Shown here piece by piece: positions 28,520 through 41,220 of a stretch of 64,000 nt of DNA. The stretch lies in the NCBI RefSeq assembly GCF_056712565.1, contig NZ_CM160072.1, one strand, 5' to 3'. The notes under the pieces were generated by a model. It was not told the DNA's origin, searched no databases, and saw nothing but the letters and a program-made list of their open reading frames with translations. Both the position numbers and the translations under genes were made by a program. Within the stretch, counting starts at the first letter, position 1; each line of letters begins with the position of its first letter.

Positions 28520-31500
28520 TACGCCTCCTCCAGGGTCATACTGGCAAACATCTCATCCATCAGGTCAATCAACCCGGCGTTGGGTCGGGTCGCGTAGATC
28601 CCTTGTTGCGGATGTTCTTTATCAACGCCACGCAGGAACAGATAAATAACGCCGCCAAAGTGGCGCTCATAGTCGTAATCAGCAATACGATGGCGCAGAT
28701 AACGGTGCAGCGCCAGGGTATAAAGCTGATATTGCAGATCATAGCGGTGTGCCTGCATTGCCGCTGCCATAGCCTGTTGGGTGTAAGCCGAACTGTCTTC
28801 ACCCAACCAGTTGGATTTATAGTCGAGCAGGTAATAACGCCCTTCGTGGCGGAACACCAGATCGATAAAGCCTTTTAACATGCCACGTACCTGCATGAAC
28901 TCCAGCGGCGGGCAGCCAGCGGATAGCGGGTCAAACTGGCGAATTAGTGCATCAAGCTGGCTGGCGATAAGCGGTTCACTAATCGGCAGGTAAAACTCCA
29001 TCTCCACCTGTTTATCGCGATCGGAAAGCTGATTCAGGCTAACACCCGTTTCATTGAGAGGTGCCTGGAGGACAGCCGTGATCCACTCAGTCAACACCAG
29101 TTCCCACTGCGGTTCAAAGCCACCGAGCTCCAGTTTTTCCTGTACCCAGTTCGGGTCAATCGGCTGGGTAAAATCGAGGTCTTCAAACAAACTGTGCAAG
29201 AATGTCCCCGGTGACGCACCGCGCGGGAACTGATGCGGTGTTAACGTCGGTTCTTCAACGACGCTGACCACGCCTGCGGCATCAACATCCAGCCGTGGCA
29301 TCAGATCCTGAGCGATACCGTGACCACGCTGCTGCAAACCGGAGTAGCTGGTGACACGCCAGTTATCGCCGGGCAATCGTTGTAGCGTCCTCGCATTCAG
29401 TTCTGCAGTTAATGCATCATTAACCTGCCAGGGCTGGTTATCACCAATTTGTGCCGTTTGCCAGGCAATATCATCATTGCACAACGCTTCAATACAGGTA
29501 CGAAGCCCTGCCGCATCTTGCGGTTCTCCTTTTTGCAGCAAACGCCCGAGCGCACTTTGGTGGACGTCGGTATCACCTTTTTTATCGCCACGACGGCGCA
29601 CCAGCGGTGCAACGCCGAGACTGCAATGCCAAACCGAACGCGTCAGCGCCACGTAAAGCAAACGCAGATCTTCCGCCAGACGTTCGGCCTCCGCGAGGTC
29701 GACGCTTTCTGGCGCAGCATTAAGATCCAGAACGGCCTCAAACGAGTGGCGATCGTGATAAAACGCCTGATCCTGGACGCGGAAATTGGTAATAAATGGC
29801 AACCAGACCAGCGGATATTCCAGCCCTTTTGATTTGTGTATCGTGACAATCTGCACCAGATGTTTATCACTTTCGAGGCGCATTTGTTGGCTGGAGGCAT
29901 TACTGTCTGGCTCGAGGATATGTTGCGATAACCAGCGTACCAGCGCATGTTCACTTTCCAGCTGCGTTCCGGCTTCTTGTAGCAGTTCGCTGATATGCAA
30001 GATATCGGTAAGACGCCGCTCACCGCCTGCCGTTGCCAGCAAGTTTTCTGCAATGTTACGCGCCGACATCAGCGCCCGCAGCATCGGCATAACGCCACGT
30101 TTGCGCCAGATTTGCCGATAACCATCGAACTCTTCGACGACCGCATCCCACGCATGTTCGTCATTATTCAGCGTTTCAATATCCAGCGCATTCAGCCCCA
30201 TCATTGACGTTGCCAGCGCACTGCGCAGGGTGTTCTCACGTTCGGGCGTCATCACCGCCTGCAACAGCCAAAGCATCTCCTGTGCTTCCAGAGTTTCAAA
30301 AACACTGTCGCGGTTCGAAAGGTAAACGGAAGGGATTTCCAGCAGCGTTAAGGCATCGCGCACCTGAGCGGCCTCCTGGCGGCTGCGCACCAGCACACTG
30401 ATGTCCGAAGCACGCACCGGACGCGCATCGTCGCCGTTCATCAGCAACGCTTCGCCGCGTTGCCCGGCTTGTAGCCAGTCGCAGATTTGCGCAGCACATA
30501 CCTGCGCCATGGTACTTTGATAGTCGCCAACGCCGCAGCTTTCGCCTTCCATCAGCCACATTTTCATCGCAGGCTGCGTTTCACCTTTAAATACAAAACG
30601 TAACGCCTGATTTTTGCCGGCAGATTTCACAGGAATAAACGGTATTTCACGAAACATGAACGCGTCATCAGTCTGGCTGAAAAGTTTGTTAACGCTGTTC
30701 ACCATTCCCGGTGCGGAACGCCAGTTGGTATCTAAGGTGTAGTGAGCATGAACTTCGCTACGCGCCTTCATATAAGTGAAGATATCCGCACCCCGGAATG
30801 CATATATGGCCTGTTTCGGGTCGCCAATCAGCAACAATGCGGTTTCCGGCTGATGGTGCCAGATACGGCGAAAAATTCGATACTGTTGGGGGTCGGTATC
30901 CTGAAATTCATCGATCATTGCCACCGGGAATCGCGTACGGATCGCCGCTGCCAATACCTCGCCGCTTTCACTACGCAGCGCGGAATCGAGCCGACTTAAC
31001 ATGTCATCAAAACCCAATTCGCCACGGCGGCGTTTTTCACGCGCTACTGTTTCGCGGATCTCAGCCAATGCGCGAGTGATCACCAGATCGCGGATCGACA
31101 ATGGTTCTGCAAGCAGTTGATCGATCGCCTCAAACAGTGGATGTCGCGGGGTTTCCCCCCCGGCTTTCGTGCGATCTTCTAAGAAACGCTGAGAGAATTT
31201 TTCCAGCGACTCCGGCAACTGATAGCTGTTGGTCTCTTCTTCTGCCCAGGCGCTGATCTTCTCGATCCATTTAGCCTGATTGCTACGGTTAAACTTGCGT
31301 CGATCAATACCAGAAGATTCGATCAGCGCATCCAGTTCACCCACTGCGTCGCGCCACTGCTGTTTTACGGCATCAATACGCGCCACAATTTGCGCGTGGC
31401 GGGAAGCCAGCGTTTCATCATCGGGGGGCGGTGCTTTGATAACCGGCGCTTCGCCTTGCAGATAACGATTAATATCGCGCAGCAACGCCTGCGGCCCTTT

Positions 31501-32061
31501 CCAGGTTTCAAAGACGACCTGGGCAATTTCACGCGGCAGCGGGTAGCAGTGGCGACGCCAGAAATCGGCGCAGGCCTGGTAGCGTAGCAGAGACTCATCT
31601 TCAATCAGCTGCTGCTCAAACAGCATGCCGGATTCAAAGGCATTCAGGTTGAGCATGCGCTGGCAAAAGCCGTGAATAGTAAAGACTGCCGCTTCATCCA
31701 TCTGCCGCTCGGCTAACAACAACCACTGCGCGGCTTGCGCTTTATCGTCGATCTCTTCCAGCAGGCGTTTGTACAGTGGATTGTCGGTGGTTTCACGCAG
31801 ACAGGCGATGCGCAACTCGTGGATATTGCTACGGATACGACCACGCAATTCTGCCGTAGCAGCCTCGGTAAAGGTCACCACCAGCAGTTCTTCAACGGTC
31901 AGCGGGCGGGGAAAGGCGGCAGAACCGCCTAGTCCAAGTAACAGGCGCAAATAGAGCGCCGCAATCGTAAAGGTTTTGCCTGTGCCGGCAGAGGCTTCAA
32001 TCAGGCGCTCGCCCTGTAAGGGCAAGCGCAAAGGATCTAGTGTCTCGGCGACATCACTCAT
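28519..32061 (-). CDS. recB: RecBCD helicase/nuclease subunit RecB
   Basis: [43 protein letters not shown]. Overlaps ptrA by 8 nt as in E. coli. Confidence 0.95.
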   Translation of the reverse strand: MSDVAETLDPLRLPLQGERLIEASAGTGKTFTIAALYLRLLLGLGGSAAFPRPLTVEELLVVTFTEAATAELRGRIRSNIHELRIACLRETTDNPLYKRLLEEIDDKAQAAQWLLLAERQMDEAAVFTIHGFCQRMLNLNAFESGMLFEQQLIEDESLLRYQACADFWRRHCYPLPREIAQVVFETWKGPQALLRDINRYLQGEAPVIKAPPPDDETLASRHAQIVARIDAVKQQWRDAVGELDALIESSGIDRRKFNRSNQAKWIEKISAWAEEETNSYQLPESLEKFSQRFLEDRTKAGGETPRHPLFEAIDQLLAEPLSIRDLVITRALAEIRETVAREKRRRGELGFDDMLSRLDSALRSESGEVLAAAIRTRFPVAMIDEFQDTDPQQYRIFRRIWHHQPETALLLIGDPKQAIYAFRGADIFTYMKARSEVHAHYTLDTNWRSAPGMVNSVNKLFSQTDDAFMFREIPFIPVKSAGKNQALRFVFKGETQPAMKMWLMEGESCGVGDYQSTMAQVCAAQICDWLQAGQRGEALLMNGDDARPVRASDISVLVRSRQEAAQVRDALTLLEIPSVYLSNRDSVFETLEAQEMLWLLQAVMTPERENTLRSALATSMMGLNALDIETLNNDEHAWDAVVEEFDGYRQIWRKRGVMPMLRALMSARNIAENLLATAGGERRLTDILHISELLQEAGTQLESEHALVRWLSQHILEPDSNASSQQMRLESDKHLVQIVTIHKSKGLEYPLVWLPFITNFRVQDQAFYHDRHSFEAVLDLNAAPESVDLAEAERLAEDLRLLYVALTRSVWHCSLGVAPLVRRRGDKKGDTDVHQSALGRLLQKGEPQDAAGLRTCIEALCNDDIAWQTAQIGDNQPWQVNDALTAELNARTLQRLPGDNWRVTSYSGLQQRGHGIAQDLMPRLDVDAAGVVSVVEEPTLTPHQFPRGASPGTFLHSLFEDLDFTQPIDPNWVQEKLELGGFEPQWELVLTEWITAVLQAPLNETGVSLNQLSDRDKQVEMEFYLPISEPLIASQLDALIRQFDPLSAGCPPLEFMQVRGMLKGFIDLVFRHEGRYYLLDYKSNWLGEDSSAYTQQAMAAAMQAHRYDLQYQLYTLALHRYLRHRIADYDYERHFGGVIYLFLRGVDKEHPQQGIYATRPNAGLIDLMDEMFASMTLEEA

Positions 32062-34942
32062 TCTTTTCACTCATCAGGGGCATTGTTTGCTGCAACGCGC
32101 TGACGTTCTCCCACACTTTCCAGCCTTCAGGATGCACATATTCGGCTTTCCCGTTCTGGCTGCCGGAAATCTGCGACAGAATAGCCATACCTTGCGGCTC
32201 GACCACCGCCTGATGGAAGAAATCAGCAAGTTTTTGCGGCGTCAGCAGTTTTATCTGGGCCACGATTTTATCACGCGAATCGAAGCGCATATTGCCGCGA
32301 TCGAAATCTTTACTTAACTTCGATGCTTCTTCGCCGAGCGTTTGCGGTGCCTGCAGCATCTGAGTAATTACCGCCTGCTGGATTTGCGCAAACTCCTCTG
32401 GCTTCATCGCCCGCAATTTTGCCTCTGCGGTTGGGAAAAACGCCTTGTAACGCTCCCACAAGAATGAAGGCTGTTTATCATTGCTTTGCAAAAGGAAGCC
32501 CATGCCCCACTGACGCCCCACGCTCATTGGAAACGCAAACACGGCATAGCCCAACTGTTCTTCGGTACGCAACTGATTGTAGAACCACGGCTGTACGATC
32601 TGCCCCAACAGAGAACTATACGCTGAGCTGGTGTATTCATCGTAGCCAGTCGGTACAAATACCGCTGCCAGTGCGGAGTCGGTGCTGTTACCAGCTTTTT
32701 CAAAGATGACGGATTGTTTTTTATCGACCACGACATCTTTGTTACGACACCACTCTGAACCATCAGCGCCCAACTGTTTTTGCACATGGCGTGCCAGCGT
32801 TGTTGCCTGGGCTTCAGTCATGTTGCCGATAACCATAAACTCTGGTCTAGCCCCTGATTTTAAGGTGTCGCGATAGGCCAGCACCTCTTTCAACGTAATG
32901 GAGGGCAAAATTTTGCGCCGTTCATCTCGCGAGAAGTACGGCACTTGCGAGAGCATCTGCGCGGGCATAATCGCCTGCTCAAACGCTTTGCCCTTTTCTG
33001 CGGAATCCATCATCTGGTTATACCAGGACTTCGCCTGCTCAAGCTGATCTTCCGTAGCGGTATAGCTAAAGTAGCCCTCCAGCAGAGCCTGGAACAGCTG
33101 CGGCAGGCGCTGAGTGTAACCATTGGCATTAACCATAAGGCCGTTGTTAGCATTGGTGGAAAAACTTATGCCACCAACCGACGCCTGGTTGCTTAACTGA
33201 TCAAGCGCCAGCCCTGCGAGATAATCATTGAGCGCAAACATCACCTGATTGCGGGCGCTGTCCATGGCTTTCGGATTACGCAAAATCAGGCTGACATCAG
33301 CTTTGGGCTCGCTGGCAAAATAACGGCTTGGCGCATACACCACGCGCAGATTCGACTCATCAACAATCAACTCTGGATGGTCGTATTTCTTCTCTGACTT
33401 AATCAGCGAGAAATCGTCAGGAATATAGGGGTTAAGCTCCGGTAAGGAGAGCGCAATATTGGCGGCTTTTTTCTGCCAGTCCGCGAAAGTTTGTTCGCTG
33501 ATTTTATCGACTTGATACGGCGCATCGACAAAATAAGCCGTTTTATTGTGCGGCTCTTTCGGGCTGATATACCAGATACGCGCATTCTGCGGCGTCATCA
33601 TCGCCAGACGTTCTTTTACTGCTTTAGCATCGTACCGATCGGCAATATTGACTGCATCCAGTGTATGCTCAACAGGAACGCGAATCATGGTATCTGCCAG
33701 CCATTCGACGTAATCCATATCACGGGTGATTGACGGATAACGGAAGTCGATATCCAGCACATTCGCCAGTTCATCGAAGTATTGTTTATCGATCCCTTTT
33801 TCACGTAACAGATTGAGATAGCTAAAAATGGCCGCCACAACCTGATCGCGATTCGCCAGACCTTTATCGGTTAAAGACGCAAAGATCGCTAATACGCCGC
33901 TGTTGCCGTTGACGATAGGATCGGAATTGGCGCTAATACCCTCAACTAATCCCTGCTTTTGCAGCCAGTCAGAAAGTGTACCAGGGCTGCGATTACCAAT
34001 CAGATAGGTAATCAATTCATCCGTTTTACTACGGAACTTCGCTGAATTGTTATCGATGCGAAACTCAACGCGCAGAACTTTACGCGGCAACGCCGGGACG
34101 TAATGAATGATAATGCCCTTTTGCGCGTCGGTGACTACCGGCACGGTGATTTCCGGTTTTTTGCTCTCTTTGTTCGGCACGCGACCAAAGGTGTCCGCCG
34201 CCATTTTCGCCAACTCCGGCAACGGTTTATTGCTGTAAATAACCGCCTTCATCAGATTGGCGGAATAGTACTTCTCGTGGAAATCTTTCAGCGCCTGCTG
34301 TACCGGATTACCTGGTTTGTCGCTTAAAGTTTCGAGGTTACCACCAGAAAACTTTGAACCGGGGTGTGCCGGGTTAATGGTTTCTGCGCTGACCTGTGCC
34401 ATGCGCATCCCGTCACGCGTACGCGCCATGGTTAATTCGGCATTCACTGCATTACGTTCACGTTCGGCGTATTTCTTGTCGAGCAAGGGTTCTGCAATAG
34501 CGTCCGCCAGGCGGTCTACCGCACCGGGCAAGGCGTCGTTCTCAACTTCCAGATAGAAAGCCGTGCGATACGGTGCCGTGCTGGCATTGTGACTGCCGCC
34601 GTGCATTTTGAGATATTCGGCCAGACTGTCAGCCTGCGGGTACTTTTTCGACCCCATCAGACTCATATGTTCAAGGTAATGTGCCAGCCCCTGGTACGCC
34701 TCAGGATCTTCCAGCGACCCAACGGGCACCACCAGCGCCGAGAGCGATTTAACTGCCTGCGGATCAGAAACCAGTAAGACCACCATACCGTTATCCAGAC
34801 GTATAGCCTGATACTGGCGGTTATCTTTATCACTTTTACGGATGGTTTCCTGAATCGGCTGCCATCCCGTTTCTGCCTGACTTAAGGGTGCCCAGAGGGC
34901 AACAAACAACAATAATGCTTTGAACCAGATGCTGCGGGGCAT
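32054..34942 (-). CDS. ptrA: Protease III (pitrilysin) PtrA, 962 aa
   Basis: Signal peptide plus inverted zinc motif HYLEH (M16 family). Position between recB and recC. Confidence 0.95.
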   Translation of the reverse strand: MPRSIWFKALLLFVALWAPLSQAETGWQPIQETIRKSDKDNRQYQAIRLDNGMVVLLVSDPQAVKSLSALVVPVGSLEDPEAYQGLAHYLEHMSLMGSKKYPQADSLAEYLKMHGGSHNASTAPYRTAFYLEVENDALPGAVDRLADAIAEPLLDKKYAERERNAVNAELTMARTRDGMRMAQVSAETINPAHPGSKFSGGNLETLSDKPGNPVQQALKDFHEKYYSANLMKAVIYSNKPLPELAKMAADTFGRVPNKESKKPEITVPVVTDAQKGIIIHYVPALPRKVLRVEFRIDNNSAKFRSKTDELITYLIGNRSPGTLSDWLQKQGLVEGISANSDPIVNGNSGVLAIFASLTDKGLANRDQVVAAIFSYLNLLREKGIDKQYFDELANVLDIDFRYPSITRDMDYVEWLADTMIRVPVEHTLDAVNIADRYDAKAVKERLAMMTPQNARIWYISPKEPHNKTAYFVDAPYQVDKISEQTFADWQKKAANIALSLPELNPYIPDDFSLIKSEKKYDHPELIVDESNLRVVYAPSRYFASEPKADVSLILRNPKAMDSARNQVMFALNDYLAGLALDQLSNQASVGGISFSTNANNGLMVNANGYTQRLPQLFQALLEGYFSYTATEDQLEQAKSWYNQMMDSAEKGKAFEQAIMPAQMLSQVPYFSRDERRKILPSITLKEVLAYRDTLKSGARPEFMVIGNMTEAQATTLARHVQKQLGADGSEWCRNKDVVVDKKQSVIFEKAGNSTDSALAAVFVPTGYDEYTSSAYSSLLGQIVQPWFYNQLRTEEQLGYAVFAFPMSVGRQWGMGFLLQSNDKQPSFLWERYKAFFPTAEAKLRAMKPEEFAQIQQAVITQMLQAPQTLGEEASKLSKDFDRGNMRFDSRDKIVAQIKLLTPQKLADFFHQAVVEPQGMAILSQISGSQNGKAEYVHPEGWKVWENVSALQQTMPLMSEKNE

Positions 34943-35117
34943 TCACGGACCTCATAATCAACTTTATTTTCTGGCCAGATTCAACACGTTAACGCAAATC
35001 ATCTGCCAGAATTTAATCTTGTGCTGCACGAGTCAGCCTATGTCTATATAACCATCAGTCCGTGACTGGTGCGCATCATAAAGTAAGCGGATAGATTGCG
35101 CAATTTTTATACAAAAC

Positions 35118-38100
35118 TCATGACTGATTAAAGCGAAACAGCGGTAACAGGAAACGTTGCGACTGTTCAACGATAGCCTCCATTGTCTCTGGTGTTAATT
35201 GCCGCCAGAGCCGTTGATACCAGATATCATCACCTTCGCCACGCACCATCATGTTGCCTTCGTAAGCCTGAAGGAATTTCGTACGGGCTTTTTGCAACGT
35301 GGAATCGTCATCCAGCATGGCATCGTTTTGCGCGTCATAACAGGTTTTTAGCCACGCGCCGCCACTTTCAGGTAACACCAGCAATGGCGCGGACATTCCT
35401 TCACGATACCCCTCAATCAGTTGTGAGAGGTAATGCAAAGCCTGTTCGGCTGCAAGCGGCGGAAAACGCCACTCGCCGTCTTTGCGTAGAAAAAGGCGAC
35501 TTTCACCATTACCACCGCTGGCACAGTAGACAAGGTGTTCCAGCCAAAGTTGCATTCCCTGCGCCACACTTAATAAAGAGGGACGCCAGCGCAACAGGCC
35601 ATCCGGCTGCACCTGCGGCAACCAGCCAGTTATCTGCACACCGTTGCAGGCGAGATCAATCTCCATACTCTGCCCTGGCTGGCGACAGGCAATGACTCTG
35701 TCGGCAAGTTGCTGCATCTCCTGACACTGCGTTTCCCAGAAAATTTCACCAAAGGCACCATACGGCAAATCACCTGCCGCCCGGAATCGGCGGAACAAGC
35801 GTTCGGCATCATCCTGCTCAACCAGTACATTTAATAACTGCTGGTTGATTTGATAACGACTAAGCCCTTCAAGAATAAAAGGTTCAGTGTCGGGAATTTC
35901 GCTGTCTTCGGTACGGAAGTTCACCTGCAAACGCATCTGGAAAAACGCCCGCACCGGATGTGCCCAGAATCGTTGTAGCGTTTCCAGCGGCACGGTTTCC
36001 GGTAAGGTAAACGGCAGCGGCTGAACAAATTCAGAATGTGCTTTACCAGCCTGGCTGGCCGCAGGTAGCCACTCGCGCGCATAGCTTTGTAAGTTACCGG
36101 GCTGGTAGTTTTGCGGGTCAAACGGCATCCGGGTATGGTGGCAAGTAAGATGCGCTTTTACCCTTGCCTCGCTTTCATCACAGTTAAGCGCTTCATCGCC
36201 CGGTAGATAATGGCTTTGCCCGATGTAGTCGATCAGTTCCTGCACCAGTACCGACGGGAAACGTTCACTGTTATCCTGAATGGAACGCCCGATATAGCTG
36301 ATATAGAGTTTTTGCTGCGCGGAAATTAACGCTTCCAGGAACAGATAGCGGTCGTCATCGCGACGGCTACGGTCGCCACGCTTCGGTTTCTGGCTCATCA
36401 GATCAAAGCCCAATGGCGCAAGCTGACGTGGATAAACGCCGTCGTTCATTCCCAGCAGGCAAACCACTTTGAACGGAATTGAACGCATTGGCATCAGAGT
36501 ACAAATGTTAACCGGTCCGGCGAGAAAACGCTGGCTGATACGTTCTTGATCCAGGCGCAGTGCCAGTTCATCACGCAATAGTGACAGCGGCACCGCGTCG
36601 CCATACTGCGCGCCTAAACCTTCGGAGATAATCGCCTGCCATTGTTGTTCGATCAGCGTCATCGCCGCTTCGGTTTCCGCATCCGGCAGGAAAAAGGCGT
36701 TGAGCATATCGCGACAAACCGGCAACCACTCTTCCAGCGGACGCTCCTGCGCCAGCCCGCGACGCCAGATATTTAGCTGCATTAGCAGTGAAGCCAGATG
36801 CCCCACCAGTTCTGCAATTAAGCCGCTCGATTCATCATAAGGTAGAACCGATTGCCACTCGCCCTGCGCGCTCTCCATCGCGTAGCCCAGCAACATGCGC
36901 GTCAGGCCAAACCGCCAGGTGTGTTGACCGGTAGCGGGAAGTTCCAGCTCGCGAACGTTGTCGTCATCTATCCCCCAACGAATGCCGGATTCGTTGACCC
37001 ACTGACGTAAATAACGCAGCCCTTCTTCGGTGATGTCAAACCGCGCTGCCAGCACCGGCACATCCAGTAATGCCAGCACGTCTTCCGACACAAAGCGGCT
37101 GTCTGGCAGCGATAACAGGCTGATAAACGCTTCAAGTACAGGATGCGACTGCCGCGCCCGACGGTCGGAAATGGCGTAAGGCAGGTAACGATCCGCAGGT
37201 GCACTACCAAACACAGCCTGAATAAACGGACTGTAGCTGTCGATATCAGCCACCATCACGATGATGTCGCGCGGAGTAAGTGTCGGGTCTTCCTCCAGCA
37301 TCGCCAGCAGGCGATCGTGTAAAACTTCAACTTCACGCTGCGGGCTATGGCAAACGTGGAAGGTGATACTGCTATCCAGTGGATCAAGCGGGCGTTTGTT
37401 ATCGCTACGGGAAAACTCTTCGATGTTCACACCAGCAACGGCGCGGTTTTCCAGTTCCAGAATGTCAGACTGAATATTATGCAGCAGGTTATCTGGCGTC
37501 ACATCGACAAAAGCGTCCAGCTCCTGGCTGCTCTCCAGGTCAGAAAGGAGATAAATGTAGTCGCGCCCAAGCTTGCCCCATGAAGCCAGCAGCGGGTTGC
37601 CGACATCCTGTTCACCATCGCTGTTAAAGAGCTGCCCGGCATTTTCGCTGTCGCGAAATAGCGGTAATTCGCGATCTTCAAAACTGTGTCGGCGCTGGCG
37701 AGTCAGTAGTTTCGCCAGATAAGCGGGATCTTTAATGTCGCCCCAGTAATAACGGCAGGGGTTGGTAAACAGGAGATGGATTTCAATATGTTTACCCAGC
37801 GCCTGTAGCGCCTGGAGATAAACAGGCGGTAACGCGGAAATACCGCATATAAAGACGCGCGAAGGTAACCCCGGCGGGCAGGTCGTCGCGGACTCCAGCG
37901 TTTCGATAAAGCGCTGATAGAGATTGGCGCGGTGCCAGCGCGGTTGCCCAAGTTCGTCGGTATATTCCACCAACGCCTTCCACAACGGCGCTTGCCAGGC
38001 CTGTGCTTCTCCCAACCCTTCTACCAGATGTCCTGTTTCCCACTGTGCCAGCCAGTCCGGACGATAGACCAGATACTGGTCAAACAGGTCCGCCGCTTTT

Positions 38101-38486
38101 GAAGAAAGCTGGAACAGTTTTCGCTTGTCACTATCGTCAGTCAGATAATGCCGCAACAGGGTAAAGTCTTCGCGCTCCAACAGTTGCGGCAGCAGAGTCA
38201 TCAGTTTCCAGCTCATGCTCTGTTTGTTAAAGGCGCTCTCTTTGGGGATCTCCGGTAACACCCGGACGAACATATCCCAGATAAAGCTCGCTGGCAGCGG
38301 AAAATCAATGTTTGCCGCAATACCAAACTTTTGCGACAGGGTCATTTGCAGCCACTGTGCCATACCGGTACTTTGCACCAGAATCATCTCTGGTTCGAAA
38401 GGATCGTCCAGCCGTTCGCGTTCGACAATAAACTCCATCAACGCTTCCAGCACGTCCAGACGATTGGAATGGTAGACCCTTAACAT
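35118..38486 (-). CDS. recC: RecBCD subunit RecC, 1122 aa
   Basis: Length, N-terminus MLRVYHSNRLDVLEAL and gene order. Confidence 0.95.
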   Translation of the reverse strand: MLRVYHSNRLDVLEALMEFIVERERLDDPFEPEMILVQSTGMAQWLQMTLSQKFGIAANIDFPLPASFIWDMFVRVLPEIPKESAFNKQSMSWKLMTLLPQLLEREDFTLLRHYLTDDSDKRKLFQLSSKAADLFDQYLVYRPDWLAQWETGHLVEGLGEAQAWQAPLWKALVEYTDELGQPRWHRANLYQRFIETLESATTCPPGLPSRVFICGISALPPVYLQALQALGKHIEIHLLFTNPCRYYWGDIKDPAYLAKLLTRQRRHSFEDRELPLFRDSENAGQLFNSDGEQDVGNPLLASWGKLGRDYIYLLSDLESSQELDAFVDVTPDNLLHNIQSDILELENRAVAGVNIEEFSRSDNKRPLDPLDSSITFHVCHSPQREVEVLHDRLLAMLEEDPTLTPRDIIVMVADIDSYSPFIQAVFGSAPADRYLPYAISDRRARQSHPVLEAFISLLSLPDSRFVSEDVLALLDVPVLAARFDITEEGLRYLRQWVNESGIRWGIDDDNVRELELPATGQHTWRFGLTRMLLGYAMESAQGEWQSVLPYDESSGLIAELVGHLASLLMQLNIWRRGLAQERPLEEWLPVCRDMLNAFFLPDAETEAAMTLIEQQWQAIISEGLGAQYGDAVPLSLLRDELALRLDQERISQRFLAGPVNICTLMPMRSIPFKVVCLLGMNDGVYPRQLAPLGFDLMSQKPKRGDRSRRDDDRYLFLEALISAQQKLYISYIGRSIQDNSERFPSVLVQELIDYIGQSHYLPGDEALNCDESEARVKAHLTCHHTRMPFDPQNYQPGNLQSYAREWLPAASQAGKAHSEFVQPLPFTLPETVPLETLQRFWAHPVRAFFQMRLQVNFRTEDSEIPDTEPFILEGLSRYQINQQLLNVLVEQDDAERLFRRFRAAGDLPYGAFGEIFWETQCQEMQQLADRVIACRQPGQSMEIDLACNGVQITGWLPQVQPDGLLRWRPSLLSVAQGMQLWLEHLVYCASGGNGESRLFLRKDGEWRFPPLAAEQALHYLSQLIEGYREGMSAPLLVLPESGGAWLKTCYDAQNDAMLDDDSTLQKARTKFLQAYEGNMMVRGEGDDIWYQRLWRQLTPETMEAIVEQSQRFLLPLFRFNQS

Positions 38487-38498
38487 AGCGGCTCCTGA

Positions 38499-38822
38499 CT
38501 ACTGACGATTCGGGCAATGCAGGCGGGTCATCTCGCCTTCTCTGCCCCCGGGTGAAACTAGCGTAACGCTGATGCTGACACATCCCGCCTGCGATGTCTG
38601 CATTCGGTTGACCTGCCAGTTAGCAGGTGGCGAAATCGCGCGCAGTTGCGTTTGCTGCCAGCCATGCCGCCAGAGCTGTTGGTACTGGTTTCTGCTGGCA
38701 AGACTGTTCATTAATGTTCGCTGGAAACCCGATAACGCAGTGACAATCATCACCATCAACACCATCGCCAACATTACCTCCGGCAGACTAAAGCCTTGTT
38801 GATTCCTCAGGGAAGCTGACAT
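38499..38822 (-). CDS. ppdC: Prepilin-like protein PpdC
   Basis: N-terminus [24 protein letters not shown] (type IV prepilin-like leader). Track ORF has an N-terminal extension. Confidence 0.85.
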   Translation of the reverse strand: MSASLRNQQGFSLPEVMLAMVLMVMIVTALSGFQRTLMNSLASRNQYQQLWRHGWQQTQLRAISPPANWQVNRMQTSQAGCVSISVTLVSPGGREGEMTRLHCPNRQ

Positions 38823-39214
38823 AACGCCCTCTCTTTCAGCGGACAAAAATCGCTCCAGCCGCGTGGCGAAAAAACAATGTTTCCATCGATGACTTCGCCT
38901 GTTCGCCACAACGAAACGCCTTCATAACCAGCAATCAATAAGGCTTCATTATCTGCCAGTAAACGCAGACAAACCCGGGCACCGGTGGCAGCATACAGTA
39001 AGCACTGAACTGCGGGCTGCGTCTGCCAGGAGTGCATTTTTCCCCACTCCAGCGCCGACTGAACGATGGCCTGGCGGCGCAATGACTGACTTTCCATGCT
39101 CACGCGAGAAGCAAAACTGCGATCCTGCTGACTCATTCCTTGCAATAGCAAGCTACCCAAAATCAGCAGCATCAGGACCAGAGCCAGTGACGAAACACCC
39201 TTTTCGCGGTTCAC
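38807..39214 (-). CDS. ygdB: YgdB (DUF2509) protein, 135 aa
   Basis: Position within the ppd operon. Signal/TM N-terminus. Confidence 0.85.
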   Translation of the reverse strand: MNREKGVSSLALVLMLLILGSLLLQGMSQQDRSFASRVSMESQSLRRQAIVQSALEWGKMHSWQTQPAVQCLLYAATGARVCLRLLADNEALLIAGYEGVSLWRTGEVIDGNIVFSPRGWSDFCPLKERALCQLP

Positions 39215-39774
39215 AGGTTGGATCCTGTCACGCTATAGCTGGCATCCACCACGGTTTGCGGATCAGCCTTGCTGGCAGCGTGCATATTAACCGTCAACAC
39301 CGGCGAGAAGCCGCTGACATCCTGACGTACGACCTGAAAAGTGTCGATAATGATGGCATCCGGATTAGTGACTTTATCCCAGCCCTTACCTTCACAGGAT
39401 GTCGCACCGCGTAGCGTTTCCAGCACATGCTCCTTCAGACGAAATCCAATCTGGTCGGACTCTTTTACCGGTTCGCGATCCCAGATACCATTACTGTTCG
39501 CATCCCACTGCACAATGACACAGTCACCCTGTCCGACAATTTCCAGCCCTTCGCCCGTACAGCTGCCATGGCAATAACCCGCCCTCTGGAGATGCTTCGC
39601 GACGGTAAATACCCGCAGCCAGATTTCATCTTCCAGCGCCAGCTTACGGGTGTTCGTTAAACTTTCACGCTGTAACGCAGGCAGAAAGCGTGCAGCCCCC
39701 AGCAACAATACGCTACTGATCGCCATAGCAATCAACACTTCCAGCAGAGAAAAACCTTGCTCTTTTACAGGCAT
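39211..39774 (-). CDS. ppdB: Prepilin-like protein PpdB
   Basis: N-terminus [24 protein letters not shown]. Start corrected from the longer track ORF. Confidence 0.85.
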   Translation of the reverse strand: MPVKEQGFSLLEVLIAMAISSVLLLGAARFLPALQRESLTNTRKLALEDEIWLRVFTVAKHLQRAGYCHGSCTGEGLEIVGQGDCVIVQWDANSNGIWDREPVKESDQIGFRLKEHVLETLRGATSCEGKGWDKVTNPDAIIIDTFQVVRQDVSGFSPVLTVNMHAASKADPQTVVDASYSVTGSNL

Positions 39775-40235
39775 CCTTCTGTTTCTCCTTGCTGACAAAG
39801 CCGGAGTCTTCCCCACGGCGAAACCACCAGCCACCACTCGCCCGTTGAGTTTTTGAAGCGAATATGCCCGGCCCATGCGGTATTGCGCAGGCCAAAGAAA
39901 GCAAGCGAAGGTGTCAGGTCGCTCATTTCGACTTCGGGCCAGCGCGGCACAAAGACCAATGGTGAACTGCCATGACAGGTATTCGCCCCAGCAACGGAAC
40001 TCACAAGGCACCATAACGTCCCCTCCCTGATAAGACTGATACTGTGGTCGCGGTTATGCCAGTTGGCATCTTCACGTAAATAGAGCAAATAGTCCCGCGC
40101 CTGGCTGGCGGTTTGCCAAAGCCGTTGCGACTGCTGCCAGTATTGCCAGCCATAAAGCCCACTTGCGCTTAGCATGACCAGAATCAGCATCGCGACCAGC
40201 GTTTCAATCAGCGTATAACCACGTTGTGTTTTCAT
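39765..40235 (-). CDS. ppdA: Prepilin peptidase-dependent protein PpdA
   Basis: [22 protein letters not shown] prepilin-type N-terminus. Confidence 0.9.
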   Translation of the reverse strand: MKTQRGYTLIETLVAMLILVMLSASGLYGWQYWQQSQRLWQTASQARDYLLYLREDANWHNRDHSISLIREGTLWCLVSSVAGANTCHGSSPLVFVPRWPEVEMSDLTPSLAFFGLRNTAWAGHIRFKNSTGEWWLVVSPWGRLRLCQQGETEGCL

Positions 40236-40419
40236 GCCGGCAGTATGGAGCGAGGAGAAAAAAAGACGAGGGCCAGTTTCTATTTCTTCGGCGCATCTTC
40301 CGGACTATTTACGCCGTTGCAGGACGTTGCAAAATTTCGGGAAGGTGTCTCGAAGAATTTAACGGAGGGCAAAAAAAACCGACGCACACTGGCGTCGGCT
40401 CTGGCAGGATGTTTCGTAA

Positions 40420-41214
40420 TTAGATAGCCACCGGCGCTTTAATGCCCGGATGTGGATCGTATCCTTCAATCTCAAAGTCTTCGAAACGGTAGTCGAAGAT
40501 GGATTCGGGTTTACGTTTGATAATCAACTTCGGCAGCGGACGCGGTTCGCGGCTTAATTGCAGATGAGTTTGATCCATATGGTTGCTGTAGAGATGCGTG
40601 TCGCCACCGGTCCAGACAAAATCACCCACTTCCAGATCGCACTGCTGCGCCATCATATGCACCAGTAACGCGTAGCTGGCAATGTTGAACGGCAGGCCGA
40701 GGAAGACGTCACAGGAGCGCTGATAAAGCTGGCAAGAGAGTTTGCCGTCTGCCACATAGAACTGGAAGAATGCATGGCACGGTGCCAGCGCCATTTTATC
40801 CAGTTCGCCTACGTTCCACGCTGAAACAATAATGCGACGGGAATCCGGGTCGTTTTTCAGCTGGTTCAGTACAGTAGTGATCTGGTCAATATGACGACCA
40901 TCCGGCGTTGGCCAGGCGCGCCACTGTTTACCATACACTGGCCCGAGGTCGCCGTTTTCATCGGCCCATTCGTCCCAGATGGTGACATTGTTTTCGTGTA
41001 GATAAGCAATGTTAGTGTCGCCCTGCAGGAACCACAGCAGTTCGTGGATGATGGAACGCAGGTGGCAACGTTTAGTTGTCACCAGCGGGAATCCATCCTG
41101 CAGGTTAAAACGCATCTGATGACCAAAAATGGAAAGCGTTCCGGTTCCGGTACGGTCGTTTTTCTGTGTGCCTTCGTCGAGCACTTTTTGCATCAGTTCT
41201 AAATACTGTTTCAT
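40420..41214 (-). CDS. thyA: Thymidylate synthase
   Basis: [38 protein letters not shown]; 264 aa. Confidence 0.97.
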
Positions 41215-41220
41215 GGTTCC

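Noticed and set aside
28569-38583. Numerous short ORFs on both strands inside recB, ptrA and recC
   Set aside because: All are nested within long, confidently identified genes. No RBS or conserved-looking sequence.
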